A stretch of 63,403 bases of DNA, filler included, from Octopus bimaculoides (GCF_001194135.2; 7 parts of 6 records of this genome joined end to end with filler, not necessarily neighbours in it), one strand, 5' to 3'; positions 13,498-26,508 are shown, counted from the first letter of the whole stretch. The notes: a model not told the origin generated them from the letters alone. Translations and numbers: made by a program.

Positions 13498-13554
13498 CGT
13501 CGTTATTTCTATCAAAAAACAAAATACAGTTATTATTGATAACATGGCAGCCAT
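13498..13554 (-). CDS. Candidate first coding exon encoding a signal-peptide-like sequence MAAMLSIITVFCFLIEITT
   Basis: Start context caagATGGCTGCC (YY1-like motif overlapping the ATG), hydrophobic core, strong donor ACG|GTAAGG, phase 0. Confidence 0.45.
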
Positions 13555-13807
13555 CTTGATGTTTTAACTTAGGTCATTATCATTATCTCGGTGATGTTGC
13601 TGTTGTTGTTATTGTTGATGTTGTTGCTGTTGTTGCTACTACTGTTACAGCCATTGTCGCTATTCTTATTACTAACTCATCGTCGTCGTGGTCGTGGTCG
13701 TTGTTGTTGTTATTGTATATATTGTTGTCGTCATTATCCCGTTGTTTTCGGTGGCGTCTTGTAAAGTAATTTATTGGCTAGCTGTGAGAGTGATTTGCAT
13801 GTTAGCA

Positions 13808-13947
13808 ATTATTATTATTATTATTATTATTATTATCATTGTTATTATTATCATTATCATTATTATTATTGTTGTTATTATTATTATTATCATTATTATT
13901 ATTATTATCATTATTCTTATCATTATCATTATTGTTATTGTTATTAC

Positions 13948-14007
<60 letters not shown>

Positions 14008-14010
14008 CAT
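13808..14010. repeat. (TTA)n/(TCA)n microsatellite
   Basis: Directly visible. Confidence 0.95.
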
Positions 14011-14459
14011 CATCATTGTGGTTTTGAAATCCGAGCCATTATACGCCGGCATTAAAAACGCTTGCTATTATATTAATTATATTATATTATATAATATTAT
14101 ATTATACTATATTACACTATAGATTAACATTAGAATTATTGCACCATTCTATTATATTATGTATTGACTTTAGAGTTATTATTCTATTATATTGTTTCAA
14201 TTTTTTTTTGGTGAGTGGGTGGAGGGCTTTTGAAATAATCCAATCAAGGAACTGTATTCTACTGAATTACTGCCCATTTTCCAGTTCAGCGCACCACCAT
14301 AGAACTATCTGCTCCTACCTGCTCTCTCACCACTCCTACTTTTTCTTTGCAATAAGTGACACACGTTGAATTCAGTACATTAACCAGACATTGGTGCGGC
14401 ACCAGCGATATTAGTTGCGATTAAACATTCATATGTACTTACTTACACCCCTAGAGCCA

Positions 14460-14531
14460 TCATCACATGACTTTTCACCACCACAACCACCACCACCACC
14501 ACCGCCATCACTACTGCTACCACTACTACTA

Positions 14532-14586
<55 letters not shown>

Positions 14587-14980
14587 AGTCAGCATCAACA
14601 CCGTCACCACCACAGTCCCCGCCACCTCCATCACCACCAACATCATCACGGCCACTACCACTACTACTACTACTACCAGTCGAGTATAGCTAGTGTCAAT
14701 ATCATCATCACCATCACCATCACCACCATCATCTTTTTCACGACGCCGTCTACCACTACGACCACAGCCACTGCCACTACCGCCTCTGTCACCACCACCA
14801 CCACCACCACCAGCAACAACAACAACAATACCATCATCATCATTGCCGCCATACCACCACTACTCTCAGTCAACTTTAGCTATTATCAACATCATCACCA
14901 CCACCACTACCACCAGTACCACCTCTACCATTACTACTACCAGTCATTCAGCTATACCTGTCACTACATCATCACAGGGC
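14460..14980. repeat. Mosaic CAC/CTA/CAT trinucleotide array
   Basis: Degenerate trinucleotide repeat; similar arrays at 3590-3920, 16010-16440, 34914-35370, 44190-44569, 50983-51420, 51600-52190. Confidence 0.9.
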
Positions 14981-15435
14981 GACGCGGGTCCACATTAGGA
15001 TCTCCAGGTGGTCGTTCTACTTGCTAGACGTACCTGCCATACCTTCACGAAATCACAACTTAGCGCCTATAAAAAGAAACGGCCTTAAATAATGTAGTCC
15101 TAATTACATTACACTTTCTCAAAAAAAAAAAAAAGAAAAAAAAAGTGGAACGATCAAGGCTTCGACACCTTTGATCATCGGGCTGCTCAATTAGTTCTCA
15201 CCTGGGTTTAAACAGCAACAATGACAACACATTGAAGAGTGACAACAATAAGGTATAACAAACGCTGCCATGACAAAACAACCGTATACAGTGCGGTCGC
15301 ACGTAGACACATGCTTCCACACACGCACAACGCGCACACACACATATTTATTCATATATGCATGTATATATGTGTATATATATGAATATATATAAATATG
15401 TATATGTGAGTGTGTGTGTGTATACATACATGCAT

Positions 15436-15468
<33 letters not shown>

Positions 15469-15479
15469 ANNNNNNNNNN

Positions 15480-15620
15480 GCAACTAGTAATTAATTCATC
15501 GATCTCGAAAGGATGAAAAGCAAAGTTGACCTCGGCGGAATTTGAACTCAGAACATGAAGATAGACGAAATACCACTAAGCATTTCGCCCGGCGTGCTAA
15601 CTATTCTGCCAGCTCACCGC
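15480..15620 (-). mobile_element. SINE family A (5' part)
   Basis: Reverse complement of head and core. Confidence 0.85.
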
Positions 15621-15834
15621 TTTATAAATACATAGATATCAATATATCAGCAGAGCAGATTTACAGAGAGTATAAAGACACAAAAGATCAAGGAAGAGAA
15701 GATGTGGTATTTCAGGTCCGACACCTGCTTCTAGGGGATTGGAATTACGGAATTACATTATAATGTTGGCTGATGTAATTCACATTAAGCCAATGATATA
15801 CTGACAGTAGTGAATTCATATAAACATTAGGTAA

Positions 15835-16000
15835 ATCCGGCGTCCTTCTTCAGGAGGGAGAGATTGGTATCTAACTAAGTCTACTCATTTCTGTGAAATA
15901 TTCAGCCACGCGCTTGTACACTAATTCAGGACCAGATGGTTTAGGTGGTCGAATAAGTAATGCCTCATCATCGAATGACGGAGATCCACGAAGACGACGA
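15835..16000 (-). mobile_element. Possible decayed Penelope-like 3' end
   Basis: EALLIRxxKPS resembles the C-terminal motif of PLE GIY-YIG domains and is followed by CTGAAGA-AGGAC (half hammerhead core, 15853-15847). Confidence 0.3.
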
Positions 16001-16761
16001 CTGACACCACGGTCACCAACATCACCTCCACCACCATCACCTCCACCACCATCACCACTACCACCACTCTCTTCACCATCATCACCACTGCCATAATCAC
16101 CACCACAATCACGGAGAACACTAGTTACTANNNNNNNNNNATCACCTCCACCACCATCACCTCCACCACCATCACCACTACCACCACTCTCTTCACCATC
16201 ATCACCACTGCCATAATCACCACCACAATCACGGAGAACACTAGTTACTACATTCATCATCACCACCACCACCACCCACATCACCACCTCCACAATCACC
16301 ACCACCACCACAATCATCACCACCATCACTACAACCTCCAACATCACCACCTCCACAATCACCGCCACCATCATCACCACAACCACATTGACCACCACAA
16401 CAACAACCATCACCATCATCAACATCACCACCATCGTAGACACAATCTCTACAACAATAAGTAGGAAGATATTCACATCGGGTAGAGAGATGCCGAATGG
16501 TTCAATTCGATCTACTTCGGGTTGAAAGCTTGGCATAGAGTTAGAATGATAATATGTGGCATAATGTGACTTCTTAATTAAAAGCCAATTCTTTAGAATT
16601 AGATAAATATGTTTCTTGGGATTAGACAATGTTGGCATGGCAGTAACTCAAAGAGAATCTGACCCAAAGGGAGGTACTCCGTGTTGGTAACTATAAAGAG
16701 AGACGGAGAGAAAGGGCAACAAGCAACATGTGATAGAAAAAGCATATCAATAAAACTATGT

Positions 16762-16799
<38 letters not shown>

Positions 16800-16996
16800 G
16801 TACGTATCTACGTGTGGCTTATGTGTATGCATATATATATATGTGTGTGTGGGGGAAGGAGTATATATATGTACATGTATGTATGTATATGTGTATATTT
16901 ACATATGTACGAATATATATATAATATATATAAATGTATGTGTACACTTGTGCGTGTATGCGTGTGCAGGTAGTTTCTATGTATGTAGATATGGAT

Positions 16997-17055
<59 letters not shown>

Positions 17056-18293
17056 NNNNNNNNNNNNNNNNNNNNNNNNNNNNNNNNNNNNNNNNNNNNN
17101 NNNNNNNNNNNNNNNNNNNNNNNNNNNNNNNNNNNNNNNNNNNNNNNNNNNNNNNNNNNNNNNNNNNNNNNNNNNNNNNNNNNNNNNNNNNNNNNNNNNN
17201 NNNNNNNNNNNNNNNNNNNNNNNNNNNNNNNNNNNNNNNNNNNNNNNNNNNNNNNNNNNNNNNNNNNNNNNNNNNNNNNNNNNNNNNNNNNNNNNNNNNN
17301 NNNNNNNNNNNNNNNNNNNNNNNNNNNNNNNNNNNNNNNNNNNNNNNNNNNNNNNNNNNNNNNNNNNNNNNNNNNNNNNNNNNNNNNNNNNNNNNNNNNN
17401 NNNNNNNNNNNNNNATATATATATATATATATGCTTATACGCATACAAATGAAGGGTAAAATATGCAGATATAAATATGTTATACATTGTATAATTGCAA
17501 ATTTGTTTATATATATTTTATCGGCTTTTGTATATAGAATCATATGATGGTATGTGTATCTCTACGTATGCATACATATGTATGTATATGTATATATATG
17601 CGTAAGCGTGTGTATGCTTGCGTGTTTGTGTATGTGTGTGTGAGTATACACACATATATAATGAGAATACTCACGTATTTGTATATATACACTCACACAC
17701 AGACTTTCATTCATAAGTAAACAGACATTCAATTTAATATGCCGGATTGCGTGCATTAAAATATCTAATGCTGAATGAAACCAAAATACATACATACATA
17801 CATACCTACATATATATATATATANNNNNNNNNNNNNNNNNNNNNNNNNNNNNNNNNNNNNNNNNNNNNNNNNNNNNNNNNNNNNNNNNNNNNNNNNNNN
17901 NNNNNNNNNNNNNNNNNNNNNNNNNNNNNNNNNNNNNNNNNNNNNNNNNNNNNNNNNNNNNNNNNNNNNNNNNNNNNNNNNNNNNNNNNNNNNNNNNNNN
18001 NNNNNNNNNNNNNNNNNNNNNNNNNNNNNNNNNNNNNNNNNNNNNNNNNNNNNNNNNNNNNNNNNNNNNNNNNNNNNNNNNNNNNNNNNNNNNNNNNNNN
18101 NNNNNNNNNNNNNNNNNNNNNNTACATGTATACTAAAACTAGTAGATTTCTTTTATGGGAGTAGATTTCAGAGCATATAAGTATATATTTATATAATAGT
18201 CTCACGCATTTCTCTCTTTTTCTCCATTTCTCCCAATTAGTGTGTGTGAGTGTGTGGGTGTATGTATATACATGTGCATATATGTATATATAA

Positions 18294-18337
<44 letters not shown>

Positions 18338-18529
18338 GTACATACAGAAGCACTTCTATACACTACTAAATGCACTATATAACCATTCATCTCTCCCTAT
18401 CTCTCTATCTCCCTCTCTTTCTCAATGTGTGCATGCATGTATGTATGTATGTATGTATGTATGCTTGGATATGGAGCTATCGTTAGCTGATATCGTAAGC
18501 AGTAAATAAATCAGCTTATTGGTTTCGAA

Positions 18530-18720
18530 ATGTGGCACAGGTCCAGCAATTCTGAGGGAGCGGGGTTACGTTGATTACATCGATCTCAGTGCACAACTGG
18601 TTCTTCTTTTATCGATTCCAATGTCTGAAAAGCAAAGTCCACCAGAGCGGAATTTGCATATATAGAAGACGGACGAAACGCCGCTAAGTATTTTGTTAGA
18701 CGTGCTAACGATTGTCTCAG
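18530..18720 (-). mobile_element. SINE family A, diverged
   Basis: Reverse-complement core and head recognisable. Confidence 0.75.
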
Positions 18721-18888
18721 CAGGCTCTATTTACTGTTCATTTTGTTCAAATTAATATTATAATCACGTTATAAATGAAAGGCAAATTAGAAAAGGACAG
18801 ACAATTCTAATATATGTGTGAAACCAGTATCCAGAGGAAAGGAATTATCAAACTTGTGGTGTGTACACATATACTGCTATACAGATAT

Positions 18889-19090
18889 TCTTTTATTCGT
18901 TTATTCTGTTACTTGTTTCAGTCATTTGACTGCGGTCTTGAGAAGAAATCGACACCAGGACTTATTCTTTGTAAGCTTAGTACTTATTCTATCGGTCACT
19001 TTTGCCGAACCGCTAGGTTACAGAGGACATAAACACACAAACATCGGTTGTCAAGTGATGATAGGGGGACAAACACAGACATACAAACAC
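18889..19090 (-). mobile_element. SINE family B, 3' half
   Basis: TTTCAGTCATTTGACTGCGG...CTTATTCTTTGTAAGC...GCCGAACCGCTAGGTTAC. Confidence 0.85.
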
Positions 19091-19250
19091 ACAAAATATA
19101 TACATGTACATATATTAGCGCGCGCGCTAATATATGTAGAGAACCGCCGATAGCTGCAATGCTGCCTGCTCGAAGACAAAGTTTGAAACTTTCCATAGTT
19201 TCTCAGGAATAGTCAACATGCAATGAATAATAGCTCATACGCACACTCGA

Positions 19251-19285
<35 letters not shown>

Positions 19286-19322
19286 TACATGTGTATTATG
19301 CTAGTATCTACGTATATAGATA

Positions 19323-19379
<57 letters not shown>

Positions 19380-19527
19380 ACGAATAAATCTACCTATTTA
19401 CATACATATTTATCTACATACATGCATATATACACGCTCACATACAAACGTATGTGTTGCTGGATTTTTGATCGGGTCAGGTGATACCACAGAGTGAAAA
19501 ACAAAAACAAGAGGCCTGAATACGTCC

Positions 19528-19585
<58 letters not shown>

Positions 19586-19698
19586 GCATATACTTAACTA
19601 TATACGCACATATATACATATATGCATATATATACATTCATATATATATGCGTGTGTGTGTATATAAATGTAAATATAAATGTAAATATAAATATATA

Positions 19699-19729
<31 letters not shown>

Positions 19730-21399
19730 ATATATATCTATATATCTATATATCTATATATATATATATACGTAAATATATGTGTGTGTGCGTGTGTGTG
19801 CGTGTGTGCGTGCGTGTGTGTGTATTTAATATATATACAGTGGGGAGGGAGACAGAGAGAGGAGCAGCAGAACGGAAGTAACGGTGAAAGAATGAAATGA
19901 GAGTCCAAAAGTACAAAAGTGAAATAAAATGAAATCGAGTAACAAAGAACTCTGCCAAATTCCTCGAAACAGTTGATATAGATTATTTTCTAGCCCGGCA
20001 CACCTTTTCTAAGTTTCATGTAATATTTACATTTTCAATCCTTTCATATATACATAATGCATACATACATACGTTTATGCATATAAAAGTATATACATAT
20101 ACATATATATATTTATATGTGTATATATATGTTGATATNNNNNNNNNNNNNNNNNNNNNNNNNNNNNNNNNNNNNNNNNNNNNNNNNNNNNNNNNNNNNN
20201 NNNNNNNNNNNNNNNNNNNNNNNNNNNNNNNNNNNNNNNNNNNNNNNNNNNNNNNNNNNNNNNNNNNNNNNNNNNNNNNNNNNNNNNNNNNNNNNNNNNN
20301 NNNNNNNNNNNNNNNNNNNNNNNNNNNNNNNNNNNNNNNNNNNNNNNNNNNNNNNNNNNNNNNNNNNNNNNNNNNNNNNNNNNNNNNNNNNNNNNNNNNN
20401 NNNNNNNNNNNNNNNNNNNNNNNNNNNNNNNNNNNNNNNNNNNNNNNNNNNNNNNNNNNNNNNNNNNNNNNNNNNNNNNNNNNNNNNNNNNNNNNNNNNN
20501 NNNNNTTATATTTATATATATATATAGCTCATACACACACGGACATACACACACAGTCGCACATGCATATGTACACTTTGAAATAGATCTTTCCGTTCGT
20601 GCCACAGACTTCGTAGTGAATAGCTTGCAATAGTTATGTGAATGTGTTATAGAAATCGAGGTGATGCTAGACGTTGTTTAAGCTGATAATACTAGCAGCA
20701 TGGCTTGTTATCTACATTGATAGTTTGAAATGAAACTTTCTCGAGTCAAAGACGGCTCCAAGCTTGCACGCAATTGTTTCACGCTCTGCTCCTTGTAACT
20801 TTTTCTACCTGTTTGCTGTCATTGTTGTTGTTGCTGTAGTTGTTGTTGTTGTTGTTGTTGTTGTTGCTGTTGCGTTGCTGTTGATGTTCTTTTTTTTGCT
20901 GGTATTGCTGCTGTTGTACTTTTTGTTGCTAACGTGTTACTACTGTTATTCATGCTTGCTTGCTTGCTTATCCCTGTGGTGCTGCAGCTGCCGCTGTTGT
21001 TTTTTTGCTTTTGTTGTTGTTGTTGTTGTTGTTATCGCTATTGTTGTTGTTGCTACTGCTGCTGCTGCTGNNNNNNNNNNCACCACCACCACGCTCGTGG
21101 TGATCTTAGGTAATCGCAGTACTTTTAGTAATCATAATAGTAGAGATAGAAACGACAATTATATTGCTAGTAGTAGTAATAGTAGTAGTGGTAGTAATTG
21201 TAGTAGTGGTGGTGATGGTGGGGATGGTGGCGGGAATTTTGGTGGAAGAGTAGGAGCTGATGGTGATGTGAAAATTCGGGGACAAAATAAGTGAAATTAT
21301 AAGGGAATATATATATATATGTATAAAACTTAGATAAAATTTAGATTTGTTTCGACCAAAGATTGGTCCAGGCCATGTCTAACTTAATAGCACCACCTG

Positions 21400-21770
21400 A
21401 TAGGATTATCTAAATCCTTTTTACAGTCAAGTTTTGTCTATGGTCCATTCAAGTAGTGAGTTCTTATTGAGTGAGTTGTATCCAGGTACGGGTGGCTTGT
21501 CTGGTATTCTTTGAAGAAAGCTGTCTAGACTCCGTTTGAAGCTGCTAGAATCCTTTTCCTCTTTTATTTGGTTCGGGACAATGTTAAACAGGGCAGGGCC
21601 TGTTGAGGAAAAGAAGTTATGCCGCAATGTACCCATATGTTGTGATCCTGAATTGGGCAGGGGACGTATGGCTCGTGGTCCCAGTCTTGGATGAACCTTG
21701 AAACTGATGTTCAGGTCGTTTGGACAATGCTGGCGGTAAAAATGCGTTGGGCGAGTTCAGAGTGTAATAT
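21400..21770 (-). mobile_element. CR1/L2-like LINE ORF2 3' end
   Basis: CPNDLNISFKVHPRLGPRAIRP...FFSSTGPALFNIVP...FKRSLDSFLQRIPDKPPVPGY..NSL resembles the post-RT C-terminus of CR1/L2-group LINEs. Confidence 0.8.
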
Positions 21771-22165
21771 GAATCAATAGAATGACAAGGTTACAGAAAT
21801 TATCTAATTGACTTCTTTGGCTTACAGCTGTTTCTGGTATTAGAAGTGGCGCACTCAGAATTGAATGCTTGTGCATCACCTTATAGATTCCTCTGAAATT
21901 TCATCATTAGTTCTGTGTTTAGTTTTTCGTTTTTAGTTTCGTATTTTGTTTTCGTACAGAGAATAACTGAATAAATATACACTGGAACCGTTTGAATTTT
22001 GAGGGCTCAAGTGTTGATTTATATTCATCTTGGTGTGTTCCTTTTTGCAACACTTTCAACTTCAAAGTCCCACATTTTGTTGTTGTTGTTTTTGTTGCTC
22101 TATGGTTGCTGTTGTTGGCATTGTTGCTTCTGTTGTTTCGACCTGTGTTAACTTTGTTCGAGCAG

Positions 22166-22291
22166 AATTATGATCAAAGGCACTCCGATCGCAACCATCA
22201 CGTTTCTTCCTCTGCACATCAAGAGCTGGTCTCTGGTATTAGTCAGAGCATGCAATCTTTAAATACATCAAAGCCATACAATCAAAGCATG
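22166..22291 (+). CDS. Candidate 126-nt internal exon NYDQRHSDRNHHVSSSAHQELVSGISQSMQSLNTSKPYNQSM
   Basis: AG after a long T/GT-rich tract, perfect donor ATG|GTAAGT, phase 0-0, only one of three frames open, non-repetitive sequence. Confidence 0.45.
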
Positions 22292-22571
22292 GTAAGTTTA
22301 ACATGTATGTATCTGCATTTAAGCTGCCCATCATAAAAATGAAAAATAGAAATTAGAATCGGGTTTATTATATGCATTCATTTTTATATGGAAGACAGAC
22401 ATCGCATGTTTTGCTTCCATGCAGGAAATGTTATTCCAAGAATTACATCACTAAATGTATTGTTCCTTGCTAAGATGGTAGGACTTGATTAGGAGGTATT
22501 TTGTTGCTATTTCTTGTAGGTCGATTGAGCACGCAGATGCGTTTTCATATTATTGTAGTATATGATATCAA

Positions 22572-22750
22572 GAAGGCAGCGAGCTGGCAAAACCGTTAGC
22601 ACATTGGCTGAAATGTTTAGCGGCATTTCGTTTATCCTAACGTTTTGAGTTCAAATTCCGCTGAGGTCGATTTTGCCTTTCATCGTTCCCGACTCGACAA
22701 AGTAAGTACCAGTTGAACACTGGGGTCGATGTAATCGACTTAACTACTCC
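22572..22750 (+). mobile_element. SINE family A
   Basis: GGCAGCGAGCTGGCA head through GGGGTCGATGTAATCGAC. Confidence 0.85.
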
Positions 22751-23267
22751 TGAGTAAGAGTAAAACAAAACTACGCTCCTCTGTCAAGCCATGTTGAGCC
22801 AATGTGGCAGAGTAGGCTCATCAAACCAATATGATCTCAAGCTCAAATTCACGGCCTCCGCATCGGACTGTGGATGGTGGAGAGAATATGCTGAGGTCTT
22901 TATCTGTCAGTGGACTGAATATGGGCTATCCAATCCAATCCAATCTCTGATCACAAGAACTCTTTAAGCAGAGGAACGCTGTTATGATCCCTTTTATAAG
23001 AGTGTTAGCCTCCGTTTAAGAGAAGTAAGCCTCCTTAGAGGCCGACCTTTATCTTAAAATATCTCTATCTTAAAATATCTCACTCGCATCCATTGACATC
23101 CAATTGGGTTTACTACTCGCAAGAATCGAAGCAGTTAGTTCCGTCTACAAAAGACACAAGACCTAGAATTTAGGCGGTAGGAGATAGTTTATGTTTATTG
23201 TATCCTCTCTCTCTCTATTTCTCTGTCTTTCTCTCTCGTGTGTATCTTGCTTTATGTACGTATCTAT

Positions 23268-23630
23268 GGTTAGGGCAGCGGACTCGCGGTCATAGGATTG
23301 CGGTTTCGATTCCCAGACCGGGCGTTGTGAGTGTTTATTGAGCGAAAACACCTAAAGCTCCATGAGGCTTCGGCAGGGGATGGTGGCGAACGCTGCTGTA
23401 CTCTTCCACCACAACTTTCTCTCACTCTTACTTCCTGTTTCTGTTGTGCCTGTAATTCAAAGGGTCAGCCTTGTCACACTGTGTCACGCTGGTTATCCCC
23501 GAGAACTACGTTAAAGGTACACGTGTCTGTGGAGTGCTCAGCCACTTGCACGTTAATTTCATGAGCAGGCTGTTCCATTGATCGGATCAACTGGAACCCT
23601 CGACGTCGTAAGCGACGGAGTGCCAACAAC
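23268..23630 (+). mobile_element. SINE family C (tRNA-derived, ~370 bp)
   Basis: tRNA-like head with B-box-like GGTTTCGATTCC; tail GCACGTTAATTTCA...GGAGTGCC; three copies in the window. Confidence 0.9.
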
Positions 23631-23730
23631 GTATATTTATGTACATATACACGGGTGTGCCTGCATATACGAGTTCCTATACATATATATGTATGTCGGT
23701 ACTTAAGCCCACTCAAGAAATCACTAGTCA

Positions 23731-23797
23731 GACTTCTTATTGATGTACCTGAAGAGACCCAAAACGGAGCGAAACATGTGTTGTACCCAATAAAGTC
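23731..23797 (+). ncRNA. Type I minimal hammerhead ribozyme motif (Penelope-LTR-like)
   Basis: CTGAAGA 23749-55, weak stem II, GAAA 23771-74, palindromic stem III ACATGT, GUU triplet (H17 at 23782), long bulged stem I GACT..TTATTG..GTAC / GTAC.CAATAA.AGTC. Confidence 0.65.
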
Positions 23798-24009
23798 TAT
23801 TACACATTCCACCTCCTATTTTATTAATACTGTTATCTCACCCGCCACTACGAAGATCCTGCAGCAAATCCACGGATAACAACAGGTAGTCGAAACTGCG
23901 CCGGTGCTTTACTCATCATCATTCATCCATTTTGTACAATTTCTCCATTATGTGTCTGTATATACATATATATACGCACACACCGTCACCTTTTTTATTT
24001 TATTGTGGA

Positions 24010-24150
24010 CTAGCTCCCATATTTTATCGACTCCGAAAGAATGAAAGGAAACGGTGACCTCAGCTGAACTTGAACTTCGAAATTGAAGCCGGAAGAAATG
24101 TCACTGATCACTTTTGTCCGGCGTGCTAACGATTCTATCAGCTTTCCACC
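24010..24150 (-). mobile_element. SINE family A, diverged
   Basis: Reverse-complement core and head. Confidence 0.75.
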
Positions 24151-25398
24151 CTGATCAAAACGTTTATCAAAACCAAACATTAGTTCATTGCTTCTTTCTC
24201 CCTTTCTTCGCAACCAATTTCTATGATAATGCAAAAACCATGCGCAGTGAAGCCTGTCTTCCTTTCGATGCACAAATGTAAATATGATAAAAACAAAGAA
24301 ATATTTTATAAAATTAATGATTATTTGCAAATGAAAATCCTCCGTAAGAAATGCTTTGGTGATGCTTCAAGGATATTTATATTCGCTGTGCGTTGTAGAG
24401 GGGTTTTTAAGTAAATCGACCATGTAAAAATTTGATGAATGCTTGTAAGCTGAAATCGAGGCAAAAACGTCACAACCTCAATTTTCAACCTTCTGAACTC
24501 AATAAGGTGATAGATATCTCAGATCACAGAGTATCAACCAATTGATTTTATTTATCGCAATTCTGCAGGAGATAAATATTTATTTGTCCTTGTTTTATTC
24601 GGTTCTGTCAACCAAAAATAATTTTCCTGTAAAGTTAATAACATACGGATTGATAGATAGGTAAGTGGTAGGTAGGTAGGTAGGGATACGCCCATTCATA
24701 CATACCAGCATACATACCTACATATATATATGTATATATATATATATTCATACGCACATGTTCATACACACACTCACACACACACACACATACACACATA
24801 CACGCACGTACATGTACAAATAAGGAAAAGCAAGAGGGAGAAAGGAGAGGAGGAGGAGGAGGACGGAAACAAAGAATTAGAAATATACACATACGCAGAC
24901 ATAGCTGTGATGTTAAGAAGTCCACTTGGCAACCATGTGGTTTTGTGTTCATTCCCACTGCAAAGCACCTTAAGCAAGTGACTTCTACAATTGCCCTGAG
25001 CTGACGGCGAAAATACTAAACAAGTCTAAGCGAAAGAGACAGCATATTTATGTGTGTATGTATGTGTATATATATANNNNNNNNNNNNNNNNNNNNNNNN
25101 NNNNNNNNNNNNNNNNNNNNNNNNNNNNNNNNNNNNNNNNNNNNNNNNNNNNNNNNNNNNNNNNNNNNNNNNNNNNNNNNNNNNNNNNNNNNNNNNNNNN
25201 NNNNNNNNNNNNNNNNNNNNNNNNNNNNNNNNNNNNNNNNNNNNNNNNNNNNNNNNNNNNNNNNNNNNNNNNNNNNNNNNNNNNNNNNNNNNNNNNNNNN
25301 NNNNNNNNNNNNNNNNNNNNNNNNNNNNNNNNNNNNNNNNNNNNNNNNNNNNNNNNNNNNNNNNNNNNNNNNNNNNNNNNNNNNNNNNNNNNNNNNNN

Positions 25399-25497
25399 AA
25401 GAAGAAGAAGAAGAAGAAGAAGAAGAAGAAGAAGAAGAAGAAGAAGAAGAAGAAGAAGAAGAAGAAGAAGAAGAAGAAGAAGAAGAAGAAGAAGAAT
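25399..25497. repeat. (AAG)n microsatellite
   Basis: Directly visible; others at 13370-13430 and (TTC)n at 61850-61995. Confidence 0.95.
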
Positions 25498-25499
25498 GA

Positions 25500-26508
25500 G
25501 GGAGTGCCATGATAGTAGAAGCAGATAGAACAGTTAAGAATGTCTACAAGAAACGTTCCGGAAGACTGCAGACATCGACTAGTCAAACAAAACAAGAATG
25601 AATACTGGAAACATTGTACCAGAATTCAAGAAAATCTTTGCGTCAAGCGAGTCGTAAGATAGGAATTTCAAAATCAAGTGTTCATTGCGTTTTGAAGCGT
25701 TGTCATTGGATTAGTTCTATTCGAAGAACACACTATCCTCTCAATGAAGATGGTTCGCATCGAAGAGTTGTGTCTTGGGTGTGGTACTTGGAAAGTGGTG
25801 TAAAAGAAATACACGTTTCAACAAAGATTGTTTGGGGAGTTGAGGCTACATTTAAATTAAATGGTTCAGTTACCCGTCACAATTGCACCTAATGAGGACA
25901 TGAAAATCCGCATATGACGGAGGAACATCACGTTAGTTTACCAGGAGTTACTGTATGCTGCGGCTTATTCTGTATAAGATTAACTGAACCATTATAGTGT
26001 GGCTGGTCACATTTACTTGAACTTGCTACGACAGTCTGTCATTCTAAGCATTCAGGATGACTTTGGAGATGTAACACTTTATTTCCAGCAAGTTGGGACA
26101 TCCCCAACACTCTCATAGTATTGCAAAGGCATATTTCATGATATTTTGCCAAACAAGTAGATTGGACGAAGAGATTTAGTAGGATACTCTCTGCGTTCAC
26201 TGTGGGACATATTCAAACAATGACATTTACGGCACAAAACAACCAACAATCGACGATTTGAGGGCAACCATTGAACGACAATACGCAGAAATACCAAACG
26301 GAATATTTCTTGGTGTTTGCGATTCTATTACATCGCATAATCAGCAGCACTTTGACCACAATGGTCATCATTTAAAAGAAAAGCATTCCATAATTAGGAG
26401 ACATTAAATTCCACCAACGGATTTTATAAAATTTTGAAAATGATATATATTTTAATAAACACAGACTTTATAATCATTTAAAGCGTGTATCACTTTTTTG
26501 AAGACCCC
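25500..26508 (+). mobile_element. Decayed Tc1/mariner-superfamily transposase fossil
   Basis: KSLRQASRKIGISKSSVHCVLK (HTH), IVWGVEATFKLNGSVTRHNC (from WSDEATF..NG.VNRHNC), LPGVTVC, YFQQVG (from QQDG), IGRR; ends in a TIR-like CACTTTTTTGAAGACCCC; many stops and frameshifts. Confidence 0.8.

Noticed and set aside
15871-16010. NPF/NPY-like neuropeptide reading (PPKP...EYFTEMSR)
   Set aside because: No RxRF-G-KR ending, no usable donor at the conserved intron position, no signal peptide; a PLE relic explains it at least as well.
16021-16250. Exact 110-bp tandem duplication
   Set aside because: The identical copies are separated by 10 N, typical of unmerged overlapping contig ends; the same pattern occurs around 4303-4312.
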